A stretch of DNA of 64,000 nt from IMG/VR virus record IMGVR_UViG_3300031703_000599, positions 1 through 64,000 of that record; one strand, written 5' to 3'. The position numbers and the translations under genes were made by a program. Under the pieces are notes generated by a model. It was not told where the DNA came from, made no database searches, and was given only the letters and a program-made list of their open reading frames with translations. Shown here piece by piece: positions 19,022 through 29,143 of the stretch; the stretch's first letter is position 1, and each line of letters starts with the position of its first letter. This stretch comes from a virus.

Positions 19022-20267
19022 AGCTTTTCATTTCTGGAATATTCTCAAATGTATTTGTATTTCTCAATCTATCTAAGTCTTTTGTGTAGTTAACAAATTG
19101 CTTCCAGTATTTATTCACTTCGTCTTCGTCTACTTCGCGTGATAATCCTGCTTTGATATCATCAATTCCAGTCTGGTATTCAAACATGTCTACTCTGCTG
19201 TTGGATATAGGCCACATTTCCATTGCCGGAATGTGTTCAATCTTTGCTAACGCTGCATCCTTTAATGCTCGTGGCATGTGTGCAATATTCAAGTATGCAG
19301 GACTTACTACTACGTTTGTCATTGCAATACTTGCACGTTTCCTGTGATTAGTGTAGAACCAATCCCATACCAGATCCAGGTTAAACAAATTTGTAATCAT
19401 CACTGTTACAGCAAATGTAACTTCAATATTTTCTTCTGCATAAAACTTTTCTATGTTATCGTTTAAGTCAACCCATGAATACTCTTTGCCACCACGGATA
19501 ACACTATATAGTTCATCGGTTGCTTCGATGCTAATTAGTAATTCAATATGTTTGAATTCTTTGAATATCTCTTTGAACCTATCTTCAAATACTGTAGCAT
19601 TTGTACTGATGTCTAGTGTAATGTTCTTGCTAAGGCCTGCGTCCACGAACCATTTAAGCACTTCATAACAACGTTCATCATATAATGGCTCGCCGCCGCG
19701 TAATGCCACCCATTGCAAGTTACGAAAGTATTCTGGATTAGCGAACAACTTGTCCATGAAGCTAAGTTCTTTTACACCATTAAATCCAACCTGTTGTTTA
19801 GTCCAATACTCAGGCATTTCTTTGTTTAATTTTTTGCCATCTTTTGTCCATCCTGTACTAACAAACGGGCCGCAATGAATACATGCTAAATTGCACTTGT
19901 TACTAAGGGTAAAATCAAGGTATCTAATGTCTGGTTCGCTATCTACATCAAGTGATTCACTTTCCATTCGTAACTCGTAATCTAGCTTATCCCAAAAATA
20001 CATTCTACGACTGCGGCCGCTTAGTTCTTTCTTTGCACACTGTTGACAAGCAGGAGGAATAATTCTGTTGCGGTGTGATTCACGTAGATCTTTATATGCA
20101 TCATTGTTCCAGATTTCTTTCAATGTACTATTGTTTATGTTGCCTATTTTATCTTTGTAAATAATATCAGGGACAACATTGCCACCCCATTTAATAGTTA
20201 ACGCATGCCACGGTGCTATGCACGTGGGCAAGTTTTCCATATCTAAAAATTTATTTCTATACGCCAT
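19011..20267 (-). CDS. N-terminal twitch-domain radical SAM protein (variant lacking the CC pair)
   Basis: CIAPW...VPDI...CQQC; CNLACIHC; RGGEPL. Confidence 0.9.
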   Translation of the reverse strand: MAYRNKFLDMENLPTCIAPWHALTIKWGGNVVPDIIYKDKIGNINNSTLKEIWNNDAYKDLRESHRNRIIPPACQQCAKKELSGRSRRMYFWDKLDYELRMESESLDVDSEPDIRYLDFTLSNKCNLACIHCGPFVSTGWTKDGKKLNKEMPEYWTKQQVGFNGVKELSFMDKLFANPEYFRNLQWVALRGGEPLYDERCYEVLKWFVDAGLSKNITLDISTNATVFEDRFKEIFKEFKHIELLISIEATDELYSVIRGGKEYSWVDLNDNIEKFYAEENIEVTFAVTVMITNLFNLDLVWDWFYTNHRKRASIAMTNVVVSPAYLNIAHMPRALKDAALAKIEHIPAMEMWPISNSRVDMFEYQTGIDDIKAGLSREVDEDEVNKYWKQFVNYTKDLDRLRNTNTFENIPEMKSYVE

Positions 20268-21313
20268 TATTTTTCAATCCCACATATTTTCCTACATTGA
20301 GACCATGACGCATCTTCAATTGCATCTCGTAATGTCTCAGTGAACCATTCGTTGTCCAATACTTCAGTTAGTGTATGGTGGTTAAGGTCGTTCATTATTC
20401 GTGCTCGTAAAAAGCTTTGATCTACTTCATCATCTAATGTGTGGTTTTCAATGTATGTCCCATACAGGCTAACGTGACAACATGGCCATACTTTGCCCCA
20501 TGGGTCAATTTGAATGTTTCTGTCATTGTACCATGGGCATTTTGAATCAAGTTCATTTTCTTGTGAGATGTCCTGGGCTTTGATAAACAAGTGATGATCG
20601 CGCAAGTCACTCATACGCTGGTCATCGTTATCAAACCCAGTTTGAAATTCTTCAATATCATAACATGCATTAATGTCGTATTCTGCTTCGTTTTCAGTGA
20701 TAACAGTTATATGGTCGCCATGACTATGTCTCAATGTAAAATACAACGCTCCGCACTCGTCAGCAATCTTACTTACTTCGTCTATTTGATGCTTATTGTG
20801 CTCAAACAATGTCATGGTTACATTGGCACGGCCTCCTGTTGAGGTAAACGACTTAATATTAGCTACAATTTTATTCCAATCTGTTTTTCTTCGATACACC
20901 TTATGTGTGTCTTCTAGTCCATCAAGTGCAAACACGACAAGATGATTTGTGGATTTTCTAACCGACCTGCCTAGGTCCTCCCAAAACTTTGCTGAACGCA
21001 TACTGCCGTTTGTGTGTAAGTACACGCTAGATTCTGGATGATAGTGAGTATATAGTTCTACCATTTCTACTAACTTAGGATGCATCATTGGGTCTCCCCA
21101 ATTGCCGTTTAGTGTTAGCTCTCTAATAAACCAACCACGTGTGTCACTTGTAACTAGTCTATGCCATACTTCTTGGCTAAAATGCTCCAATACAAGTTCA
21201 GGTTTAGTCATGTCTCCGTCAACGTTTCTGACACACGCTCCGCATCTAGCATTGCAATGACTTGAAATGTCTACTTGTAAGTTCTGTACTATTTCACTCC
21301 AGTTGCTATCCAA
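20267..21313 (-). CDS. radical SAM protein with C-terminal twitch/SPASM domain
   Basis: CNARCGAC, GNWGDPMMHP, C-terminal C...VWPCC...CRKIC; TTG start overlapping the upstream stop. Confidence 0.9.
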   Translation of the reverse strand: MDSNWSEIVQNLQVDISSHCNARCGACVRNVDGDMTKPELVLEHFSQEVWHRLVTSDTRGWFIRELTLNGNWGDPMMHPKLVEMVELYTHYHPESSVYLHTNGSMRSAKFWEDLGRSVRKSTNHLVVFALDGLEDTHKVYRRKTDWNKIVANIKSFTSTGGRANVTMTLFEHNKHQIDEVSKIADECGALYFTLRHSHGDHITVITENEAEYDINACYDIEEFQTGFDNDDQRMSDLRDHHLFIKAQDISQENELDSKCPWYNDRNIQIDPWGKVWPCCHVSLYGTYIENHTLDDEVDQSFLRARIMNDLNHHTLTEVLDNEWFTETLRDAIEDASWSQCRKICGIEK

Positions 21314-22385
21314 TGTAACTCTCACAGTTGCCTTCGCGAACGAGGTCACTTGTTAGACAATGAATGCCGCCATCCCAAAAGTACTGATGACGGAAACGCC
21401 ATACAATTGGCTCAATGCCGTTTGCTTCCATTTCTGCAAAAGCTTTATCATTGCGGCCTGTACAAATTACTGTCTTTTCGTCTAGTGATAATACGTTAAC
21501 ATCAAACACACTTTCGTCTGCGTATCCAACCCAATGTGTTAACCATTTTTCTACGTACTCTTTGTAGAATCGACGCTTGCGTGTATCGCGGAAATCCTGC
21601 GGCATTTCGTGATCATCTTCTACTTCAATAATTGTCCAGTCTTTCATTTCTTCTGGAACCCAATCTTTGTTCCAAGTCATTAATACGCCTGGCTTTAGTA
21701 TTGCAATTTTACCGTCTGCGTGTCCACCCACTCCAATCTCTAAGAACTTAGTGCCTGGATAACGTTGTGTTATTTCACGCTTGATCCATTCTTTGCCAAG
21801 TAATGTGCCTTTTCCTTTCTTGTTATCTTCTTCCCATGCGCGACTAAACAATACAGTGTCACCACATTTAATCATATTTGCTGCATGAAATAATACTTTG
21901 TTTTCTTCAGAGTAAGTATCATATCCAATACCGCCTCTTACCATTGCTCCTGGCATACTAACCCAGTCTGCGCCTTGTTTATATAATTCTACCATGTGGT
22001 CATAATAAGCAAGGTTCTCAAAGTAACGATTGTCGCCGCCTGTAAAACATTCAAACACTGTATGTCCATATGGTAACAATGTATCTCTTGGCATTAATGG
22101 ATGGTTAGGGAACCCACAGCTCATCCAAGGTAATTGAATTTGTTCTTCGCCTGTAATTGTAAAAATGTTTGTTGGACGAAGTACTTCAATTCCCCTATCT
22201 TCTAATAGTTTAGCAAGCACCTCAATGTCTTCTGCTGTTTCTTCAAAAATAGTACGCATAACATTGCGTGTTTCTTCATCTTTATGCCAATCAAATGTCT
22301 CAGGAGGAAATGGTGCTCCTAGCATAACTTTCTTTAATGGTTGGAACTCAGTCCATGCATTAACTGCTGGTGTAGGTGTTGTCAT
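21306..22385 (-). CDS. amidinotransferase (glycine/inosamine-phosphate amidinotransferase family)
   Basis: WTEFQPLKKVMLG, MPRD, HADG and GGIHCLT pentein motifs. Confidence 0.88.
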   Translation of the reverse strand: MTTPTPAVNAWTEFQPLKKVMLGAPFPPETFDWHKDEETRNVMRTIFEETAEDIEVLAKLLEDRGIEVLRPTNIFTITGEEQIQLPWMSCGFPNHPLMPRDTLLPYGHTVFECFTGGDNRYFENLAYYDHMVELYKQGADWVSMPGAMVRGGIGYDTYSEENKVLFHAANMIKCGDTVLFSRAWEEDNKKGKGTLLGKEWIKREITQRYPGTKFLEIGVGGHADGKIAILKPGVLMTWNKDWVPEEMKDWTIIEVEDDHEMPQDFRDTRKRRFYKEYVEKWLTHWVGYADESVFDVNVLSLDEKTVICTGRNDKAFAEMEANGIEPIVWRFRHQYFWDGGIHCLTSDLVREGNCESYIG

Positions 22386-22415
22386 ATAATTGCGCCCTTT
22401 TGTTTAATATAAATA

Positions 22416-22422
22416 TATTTAT
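22416..22422 (-). promoter_or_regulatory. putative late promoter (ATAAATA) for the leftward enzyme operon
   Basis: ATAAATA about 30 nt upstream of the amidinotransferase ATG. Confidence 0.5.
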
Positions 22423-22471
22423 CCACGTAGTTAATGGACTATATAAATTGTTCTATTCTGTTTATGTCACT

Positions 22472-22500
22472 ATTATAACACTGATATGGTATTAGAGCAA
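22472..22500 (-). promoter_or_regulatory. sigma70-like promoter, leftward
   Basis: TTGCTC-N17-TATAAT. Confidence 0.55.
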
Positions 22501-22511
22501 GCATTATTAAC

Positions 22512-22545
22512 TTGACAAACACGCCTTTTGTGTGTATTATAAATA
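22512..22545 (+). promoter_or_regulatory. overlapping sigma70-like (TTGACA-N17-TATTAT) and late (TATAAATA) promoter, rightward
   Basis: both motifs visible in the divergent intergenic region. Confidence 0.65.
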
Positions 22546-22565
22546 CAATTAACAAAGGATAATCA

Positions 22566-23402
22566 ATGACTAGAATTGCATACGACAGCGTAGCCAAAGA
22601 ACAATTTAAAGTTCACGTATTTAATATAACAGACATTTCTGAAATAGCAGACACTGACGAAATGTATGCAGCGTTTGAAAGTGGCTGGCCAGTCGTTATT
22701 AAAGGATTGACTATCCCAGGTGTGGACTACGATTATTATGATAATTTAAAAGATTGGACAATTAAAGACAACAAGTGGATTATGCCTTGGTATAACAGCC
22801 ACATTAAAAAGCGTGACAGGCTACGTAATGAACGTAACTGGTCCGAAGAACAAATTGATAAATTCCACAAAAAGCATAAGCAGGCTAACAATGGATGGAA
22901 CGAAATATTTGATATTGTGTTTCCTAGATATAATACACAAGAGCGCATGCTTAGTCACCGCTACAATACACTAGTAGAAAACAAACTACACTTAGACGAA
23001 CTGGATGATCAGCACACAGGCAACGAACAACAAATTCGTATGTTTGTGCAGCTAGACAAGAAGCGGCCGCGTGTGCTTAGTTTTGGTCCTGACTTAGAAC
23101 GATTATACAATGACTACAAAGATGAGTTTAACCTAGACGAGTTAGACAAGAATAATGTACACACGTTTATTACTGAAATGCGAAACCGTTGTGTATGGAA
23201 TGAACAGAAATGGGATCAGTTTCATCACCCGTTACATTACATTACATTTGATCCAGGTGATATATGGTTTTTTAACGCGCAATGGATTACACACCAGATT
23301 GTGTTTGGCACAAAGCTCCAATGCTTCGAAGCTGATATATTAAACGATAGTTTACAGTATCCGGACCTATGCATGAAAGAAAGGATTAAAGGTCTTGAGT
23401 AG
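22566..23402 (+). CDS. Kdo hydroxylase (KdoO)-like Fe(II)/2OG dioxygenase
   Basis: LHLD...IRMFVQLD..RPRV..FG and F.PGDIWF......HQ..FG follow the KdoO family pattern. Confidence 0.65.
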   Translation: MTRIAYDSVAKEQFKVHVFNITDISEIADTDEMYAAFESGWPVVIKGLTIPGVDYDYYDNLKDWTIKDNKWIMPWYNSHIKKRDRLRNERNWSEEQIDKFHKKHKQANNGWNEIFDIVFPRYNTQERMLSHRYNTLVENKLHLDELDDQHTGNEQQIRMFVQLDKKRPRVLSFGPDLERLYNDYKDEFNLDELDKNNVHTFITEMRNRCVWNEQKWDQFHHPLHYITFDPGDIWFFNAQWITHQIVFGTKLQCFEADILNDSLQYPDLCMKERIKGLE

Positions 23403-24411
23403 TATTCGACATACAATTATCAACGATTATCTACCTGCAGATATCTTTAAAAAGTACAGTGAAGAATATCCAGTAGAATGGATAAAAGAATACTGTAGTA
23501 ATCCAGAAGTAAGCGAACACGACAGTAGTCTACATGGCAACTATAGTGCGCCTGCAGAGTTATATGATCCAAACTTAATGAAGTTTGTTGAAAGTAAACT
23601 GCCTGCTCTTAAATTTGATGCAGTGGGTAGAGATGTAAAGCACGATCACTTTTATACTAGCTTCCATTATGACGAAAGCGGTAGCTGGTTGGAACCACAC
23701 AACGACTTAAAAGATATGCGTTGGTTAGTCACTAGTCAAATATACATGAATGAGAATCAAGGTGCTAGATTATTAGATAGAAACCTTAATATAAAAAAAC
23801 AAATTCCATGTTATCCAAATCTATTTTATAGCATTGTTGCCGATATGTGGAGTTGGCATGATGTACCTGAAGTGTCTAAACACAAACAAAGTATCTTATT
23901 TCGCGTAGGTAGACGCAGAAGTAATACAGTCGCTAATCCGGATCCTGGCAGTGATACATGCTATGTTATATACAATAACTTCCAAAAGGATAGGCATTAT
24001 GCTAAACTAGGACCACGCATGGGTAACTTAACAGAAGCTTGGTTGTATAAACTAGGAGCAAGTAATATAATGCACAGCGCGTGGCGTAATGAAGATAGCT
24101 TAAAAAGGTGTATTAAGAAGGGCTTAAACCGTCATACACGGGTGGTTGTGCTGCTAAGTGGGTTCATGCCAGCCTCGTTAGAAATAGACGATTGTAGCGC
24201 ACTACAGACGGTTACAAGCAAGGATTATGAATTGAATTTAGATGCAGATGTAGACAATGATGATTATTTTCGTGTAACAGATGATAACATAGATGCGTAT
24301 GCAGCATGCATATTCAGCGATTTAAGCATAGATCATCCACTAGTTGAAGCCGAGCAAGTAATGTGTCATTACTACGCTAGCAAGGCGCATTTGAATTACA
24401 CAGACCTTTAA
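23395..24411 (+). CDS. Fe(II)/2OG oxygenase fused to an unknown C-terminal domain
   Basis: WLEPHND...QIYMN...SWHDV; TTG start. Confidence 0.75.
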   Translation: MSSIRHTIINDYLPADIFKKYSEEYPVEWIKEYCSNPEVSEHDSSLHGNYSAPAELYDPNLMKFVESKLPALKFDAVGRDVKHDHFYTSFHYDESGSWLEPHNDLKDMRWLVTSQIYMNENQGARLLDRNLNIKKQIPCYPNLFYSIVADMWSWHDVPEVSKHKQSILFRVGRRRSNTVANPDPGSDTCYVIYNNFQKDRHYAKLGPRMGNLTEAWLYKLGASNIMHSAWRNEDSLKRCIKKGLNRHTRVVVLLSGFMPASLEIDDCSALQTVTSKDYELNLDADVDNDDYFRVTDDNIDAYAACIFSDLSIDHPLVEAEQVMCHYYASKAHLNYTDL

Positions 24412-25145
24412 ACATACATATTTAATATATTAACATTTTCTTCTGATAAAATGTAATTTTCTAATGCCCAGTCGTTTCCTTTAGGAGACCAGTGAGCGTC
24501 GGTTGGAGATATAGTAAGGCCATTGTTGAACAATGCATTATCGTCACGTCTGTCAACATTATGTGCTGCTGCCATTAGTGCAAAGGCATTTGGTATATCT
24601 TGGTGCGCTACATCATCCATTAACTCAAGCGGTATTATATGTTTAAAATTATAAAGATTTTTAACATTATCAAACCATTTCATGTTATGATCTTGATACG
24701 TTGATGATAAAGCCTTGTATCGCAAAGCATTGCCCATGTGGCTTTCGTCCTTTGCAGACCAGTAGCCTCCATTGTCGTGCTGAGTTGAATACTTATCACT
24801 GGCTGCACTATACCACATGTGATGTCGGTTATCAACTTCTAAATTAGAATATCGCATGCCGCTTATTGTAGATAAAGGTTCATGATTAAACTCAAAATCA
24901 GCATCGCCGTTAAGCAATGATGTACGTGCAAGATGTGTTCTATTAATAAAGACGATGTCCACTGACTGTCGTTTTGCATCCAATAGACACCATTGGCAGT
25001 AGTCTACTCCACGCCCGCCTGCTGCATAATTATAATATTCATATTGAGGGAATTGTTGTGCTAGTTTCCATGACCAGTGATTTTCATACTGGCCTGCCTG
25101 GTTATAGGCACTAAAGCTGTCGCCAACAAATGCAATTTTCTTCAT
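24408..25145 (-). CDS. SGNH/GDSL hydrolase-like protein
   Basis: FVGDSFS, NYAAGG, DAHWS..GN. Confidence 0.75.
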   Translation of the reverse strand: MKKIAFVGDSFSAYNQAGQYENHWSWKLAQQFPQYEYYNYAAGGRGVDYCQWCLLDAKRQSVDIVFINRTHLARTSLLNGDADFEFNHEPLSTISGMRYSNLEVDNRHHMWYSAASDKYSTQHDNGGYWSAKDESHMGNALRYKALSSTYQDHNMKWFDNVKNLYNFKHIIPLELMDDVAHQDIPNAFALMAAAHNVDRRDDNALFNNGLTISPTDAHWSPKGNDWALENYILSEENVNILNMYV

Positions 25146-25171
25146 TTATGTATTCCTCTTCTATCGTTTAA

Positions 25172-26434
25172 TCACAGATGGTTTTTAATTCGTTTAAATT
25201 CAGGCGACACAGACATAACATCGTGTCCTCTGAATATATCGTAGTTTTCAGTAGTACTAACATACTGTTTCATTATTTCTGCATTGTATGTATGATCTGG
25301 ATCTTTTCCAAATTGTACCATTTCCATTAGCGGTTCTTCGTAGTCCGTAAAGTGTGGGCTGTTACGTATACTTTCTAAGAATTCTAAGACTTGTGCTTCT
25401 TGTTCATCTCTTAACCATTGTGGACTGTGTGCCATGCTATAATAATGTGGTTCAATTAGTTGGTTAGTACTCATGCCAATGCCCTTGCTTACTGTACACT
25501 GATAGTCGTGCATAAACTTCCAAAAGGGTACAATATGCAATGCATTAGTCATTTGATTTACTGTAGTAACACGTACTTTAATACGCTTACCGGCCTTGGT
25601 GTTACTGAATTTAACTAATTTGTCAAAGTTTTTCCATACAGATGCCCACTTAGAAGGAGGACGCAGATAGTCATTCATTTCAAACATTCCCTCAAGTGAA
25701 CAATTGACAATCACTTTTTCGAACTTACCAAGCTGCTCTAGCCAACGATCTTGCATATTGGTAATATTAGTATAAAAACTTAGTTCGATGTGACTAGCGT
25801 GTCCGGAGTCTACTGCTATATCAAGCAGTCTAAACATATCCCTTGCTACTGTTGGCTCCCCGCCTATTAGTTTAATTTTACGAGCTTTTCCCATCATTTC
25901 CTCGAAGCTCGTCCAGTCAATTCCAGGTTGAAGAAGAGCCTGCTTCTTGTCTGCAATCATGCCTTGCCAATCCGGGTGGTCGGTCCCGAGTCCGCTTTCG
26001 ACCATTAGTGCTCGTTCCACGCTGACTAAGTGCGAAGCTTCTTTGTTGCACATTTGACATTGTAAATTGCATAGATTGCCAAGCCTGAAATCAAATTGTA
26101 AAGGTTGTTCAACCTCCCAATCGTTAACGGAAGCATCAGCCACTACTTCGTCAATTACATCTTCCCATACCTCGTTTTCCCACTGTCGAGAGCTTACAAT
26201 ATTATTACGTTCTAAGTGTAAGCACTCTGAACATTCGGGCAGCCACTCTCCATTGCTCATGCGTTCACGTACATCCTTGATGTAGTCATGATTCCATGTA
26301 CCATCTATGCCTAGTTTTTCCTGGTCAACTAGTGTTTCTGGTTCTTTAGCCATACAACATAATCTATAACGTCCGCCGTTGTATGTGCTATATTGTACAA
26401 ATGGTAACGCGCAAAAGCCGCCTTTTTCGCTCAT
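25172..26434 (-). CDS. N-terminal twitch-domain radical SAM protein
   Basis: CALPF...LCC...CSEC; CNLQCQMC; IGGEPT. Confidence 0.92.
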   Translation of the reverse strand: MSEKGGFCALPFVQYSTYNGGRYRLCCMAKEPETLVDQEKLGIDGTWNHDYIKDVRERMSNGEWLPECSECLHLERNNIVSSRQWENEVWEDVIDEVVADASVNDWEVEQPLQFDFRLGNLCNLQCQMCNKEASHLVSVERALMVESGLGTDHPDWQGMIADKKQALLQPGIDWTSFEEMMGKARKIKLIGGEPTVARDMFRLLDIAVDSGHASHIELSFYTNITNMQDRWLEQLGKFEKVIVNCSLEGMFEMNDYLRPPSKWASVWKNFDKLVKFSNTKAGKRIKVRVTTVNQMTNALHIVPFWKFMHDYQCTVSKGIGMSTNQLIEPHYYSMAHSPQWLRDEQEAQVLEFLESIRNSPHFTDYEEPLMEMVQFGKDPDHTYNAEIMKQYVSTTENYDIFRGHDVMSVSPEFKRIKNHL

Positions 26435-26437
26435 CAG

Positions 26438-26983
26438 TTAGTATTCCTTTAACAAGTTAAGAAATAATTCTGCGCCTGCTGCTTGGTTCTCTTCCCAAGT
26501 GTGTGATGCATTCTCATCTGCCATATCGCTACCATACTTTAATAGCGTTACTGGTTTATTAAAATGCTTCGCTACTTTAGCAATTGCATAACCTTCCATG
26601 TCAACTAGGTCACTTGGCAGTTCTGGTGGACTCATAACAAAGTTATCGCCTGTGCTTAGTACGATGCCTGTATCTGATAATCCAATTTCTGCTGCCCAAT
26701 CACTTTTGTCAAATGGTGTCGTTCCTAGTTCAGCTTGTGGACGTGCATCCATGTCACGTTGTATAACTGATCCAATTGTATTAAGTTTGCCTGCATACTC
26801 TGCACTTAATACACCTGCTGTTCCAAAATTGATAACTGAATCACAATCTTGTTGTATACAAGCAAGTGCAGCATATGTAGTTGCGTTAATTTTACCAACG
26901 CCAGTGAACCATACTTTATATGTTGCTGGATCTAAATTATGATCAGGTAGCTCACCTGCTAATGCAACTAGTACATAAATCAT
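26438..26983 (-). CDS. mtnN: 5'-methylthioadenosine/S-adenosylhomocysteine nucleosidase
   Basis: TGVGKINA, INFGTAG, STGDNF, DMEGYAIA, SDMAD. Confidence 0.85.
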   Translation of the reverse strand: MIYVLVALAGELPDHNLDPATYKVWFTGVGKINATTYAALACIQQDCDSVINFGTAGVLSAEYAGKLNTIGSVIQRDMDARPQAELGTTPFDKSDWAAEIGLSDTGIVLSTGDNFVMSPPELPSDLVDMEGYAIAKVAKHFNKPVTLLKYGSDMADENASHTWEENQAAGAELFLNLLKEY

Positions 26984-28425
26984 TCAACTGCTCCGTCTTC
27001 TGGTTCGTCTAGTAAATAGCCCATGTCAGGGAATGTAGCACGGAAATCAGTTCCACGCATGTCGTCTAGTTTATTGATGTACTCTCTAAACTCAGGTAAA
27101 CGTTGTGTCCAATCTTCACTGCGAGCAAAGTTAACCATTCCTCGTAATCGCTTAATACCATATTCTGCATTTAGCCATTGCTCTTTTGTTACCTTACCCT
27201 TGTGCCAACTTGGAACACCTAGTTCCCAATTCTCTGTCCACCATTCAATGAACTCTTCGTACTTGGCTTCTGTTTTATCAAGGAATTCATCTGGTAATAC
27301 CTTAACATTCAAATGACCAGGCCAATAAACAAAGTGATAGTTAATACCACCTGCTCCAAATGGCCACATGTTTGTCTTCTTTAGTCCGCTTTGTGTTAGC
27401 TTCCATTTAAGGAAGTCTGGAATATAGTGAATGTTAAGTGCATTAACTGCACAAGCTATTGTAACCTCTACGTTGTTTGATGTCTCTTTGTCTAGACGTT
27501 CAAACATTGCTAGCTGATGTGACCATTCGCTTGGGTAACGAATATAATCATTCATGTCACCAATGCTGTCAATGCTGTAATGGAAACGAACCTTCTTAAA
27601 GTGTTTCCATTGCTCTAGTAAACGATCTGGTAGTTCAATGCCGTTACTGTTATAGCGTAATTCAATACCTTCTGCGTATCCCATTTCAATAACTTTATCT
27701 AAGATATCATAATGTTCTTCAATGACAGTTGATTCGCCACCTGCAAAATACAACTGACGCATATGTGGAATTTGTGCATAGAATTGATCCCAAAATGTAG
27801 GATTGTTCTTGTGCCAGTTATAACTAGCGCCGAACGTTTTTCCTTTCTCATCCCATGACATTGTTTGTTTTAGACTTTCATTTGTAATTTGTGGATATAG
27901 TTTATTCCAATCCTTTACCCATCCACTTGAGTCATGTGGGCTACACATAATACAGCCTAGCTGGCACTTTGTTCCCATGCGAATGTCAATATATCGCAAT
28001 TTTGAATCAGTTGATCCATCTGCGTATGTTTGTTCTACTAATTCATCAACGTCAATTCCGTTGTTCATCCAGTATTGTGTTTCCCATTGGCGTTTAGATC
28101 TATGTCCAGCAGCTTCTTCTTTAAAACATTTTAGACAACTAGCAGGCTGTTCACCTGCAAGCATTTGCTGCCTAACGTTACGCATGTATGTATTATTCCA
28201 TGCTGTTTCCAAATCTGTTGTGTTTAAGTTAGCTGGCTTACCATCTTCTGTTTTTACAATACCTACTCGTCCGCCGTGAACTTTGTCGTTTGTTGCGCCT
28301 ACGCTTGATGCGTTAGCTGTGCAACATACTCGCATACTTCCATCTGGGCGTGTGCTTAAATGAATCCACGGAAGAATACAAAATGTATCTGATGGAGTTG
28401 GTAAATCATGTTCGTTATTTGACAT
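26980..28425 (-). CDS. N-terminal twitch-domain radical SAM protein
   Basis: CILPW...VCC...CLKC; CQLGCIMC; AGGES. Confidence 0.92.
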   Translation of the reverse strand: MSNNEHDLPTPSDTFCILPWIHLSTRPDGSMRVCCTANASSVGATNDKVHGGRVGIVKTEDGKPANLNTTDLETAWNNTYMRNVRQQMLAGEQPASCLKCFKEEAAGHRSKRQWETQYWMNNGIDVDELVEQTYADGSTDSKLRYIDIRMGTKCQLGCIMCSPHDSSGWVKDWNKLYPQITNESLKQTMSWDEKGKTFGASYNWHKNNPTFWDQFYAQIPHMRQLYFAGGESTVIEEHYDILDKVIEMGYAEGIELRYNSNGIELPDRLLEQWKHFKKVRFHYSIDSIGDMNDYIRYPSEWSHQLAMFERLDKETSNNVEVTIACAVNALNIHYIPDFLKWKLTQSGLKKTNMWPFGAGGINYHFVYWPGHLNVKVLPDEFLDKTEAKYEEFIEWWTENWELGVPSWHKGKVTKEQWLNAEYGIKRLRGMVNFARSEDWTQRLPEFREYINKLDDMRGTDFRATFPDMGYLLDEPEDGAVE

Positions 28426-29139
28426 TTAGTTTTCCTTTAAATCGTATGTTGTATCTGCGGAACCGTTTCGTACTAGATCCCATGTTGCTTCGGTTGCGGT
28501 GCCAGTTAGTTGCAAACATGGTCGCTTGTGCCAACTTCCGTTCCATGTTAAATGAGGCAATGTGCTCCATTCCCATGTAAAAACAGTGCCAGCTTTCCAT
28601 TGTGTATACACCCTGTTTCCAAATTGAATTATTTGACCAGGTTCCCAATCTTCCATTGGAATTAAAAAGCGTATTTTATTAATATCTTGATATTTAAATT
28701 CTGTGTTATCTATTACACGATCTTTGCGAGGATTGCCTGGCAAATTATCTATGTGCCACATAAGCTGATCATTTGGAAACTGATCATTAAACTTACATGT
28801 AAATTTTTCTGTTTTGTCTAAGTGTAGCATATCTACAATTTGCATAAACTTTGGAAATTGTCCTACGTGCTTATCAAAATTAACCTTACGAAACATTGTT
28901 GCGTTTGGCTTTCCATTTGGATTTTCTTTATCTTCATCTAAATGATCTGTGCTGCTAACGTTAGCTGCATGTTCATACCGTTGCTTATTGTATACCTGAG
29001 GCTCTACTCCAATGTCACGTGCTTTAGCTATTTCGTCTGACCATTGTCCTTTAAACTGTCCAATGATTTTAACGTATTCGCCTTCCTGGTCTTCTTTAAA
29101 TTTATCAAAGTGCCAAGGTGACTTAAACGGGGTAGGCAT
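28426..29139 (-). CDS. Fe(II)/2OG oxygenase-like protein
   Basis: WHID...PHLTWNG...R (HxD...H...R). Confidence 0.75.
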   Translation of the reverse strand: MPTPFKSPWHFDKFKEDQEGEYVKIIGQFKGQWSDEIAKARDIGVEPQVYNKQRYEHAANVSSTDHLDEDKENPNGKPNATMFRKVNFDKHVGQFPKFMQIVDMLHLDKTEKFTCKFNDQFPNDQLMWHIDNLPGNPRKDRVIDNTEFKYQDINKIRFLIPMEDWEPGQIIQFGNRVYTQWKAGTVFTWEWSTLPHLTWNGSWHKRPCLQLTGTATEATWDLVRNGSADTTYDLKEN

Positions 29140-29143
29140 TAAT

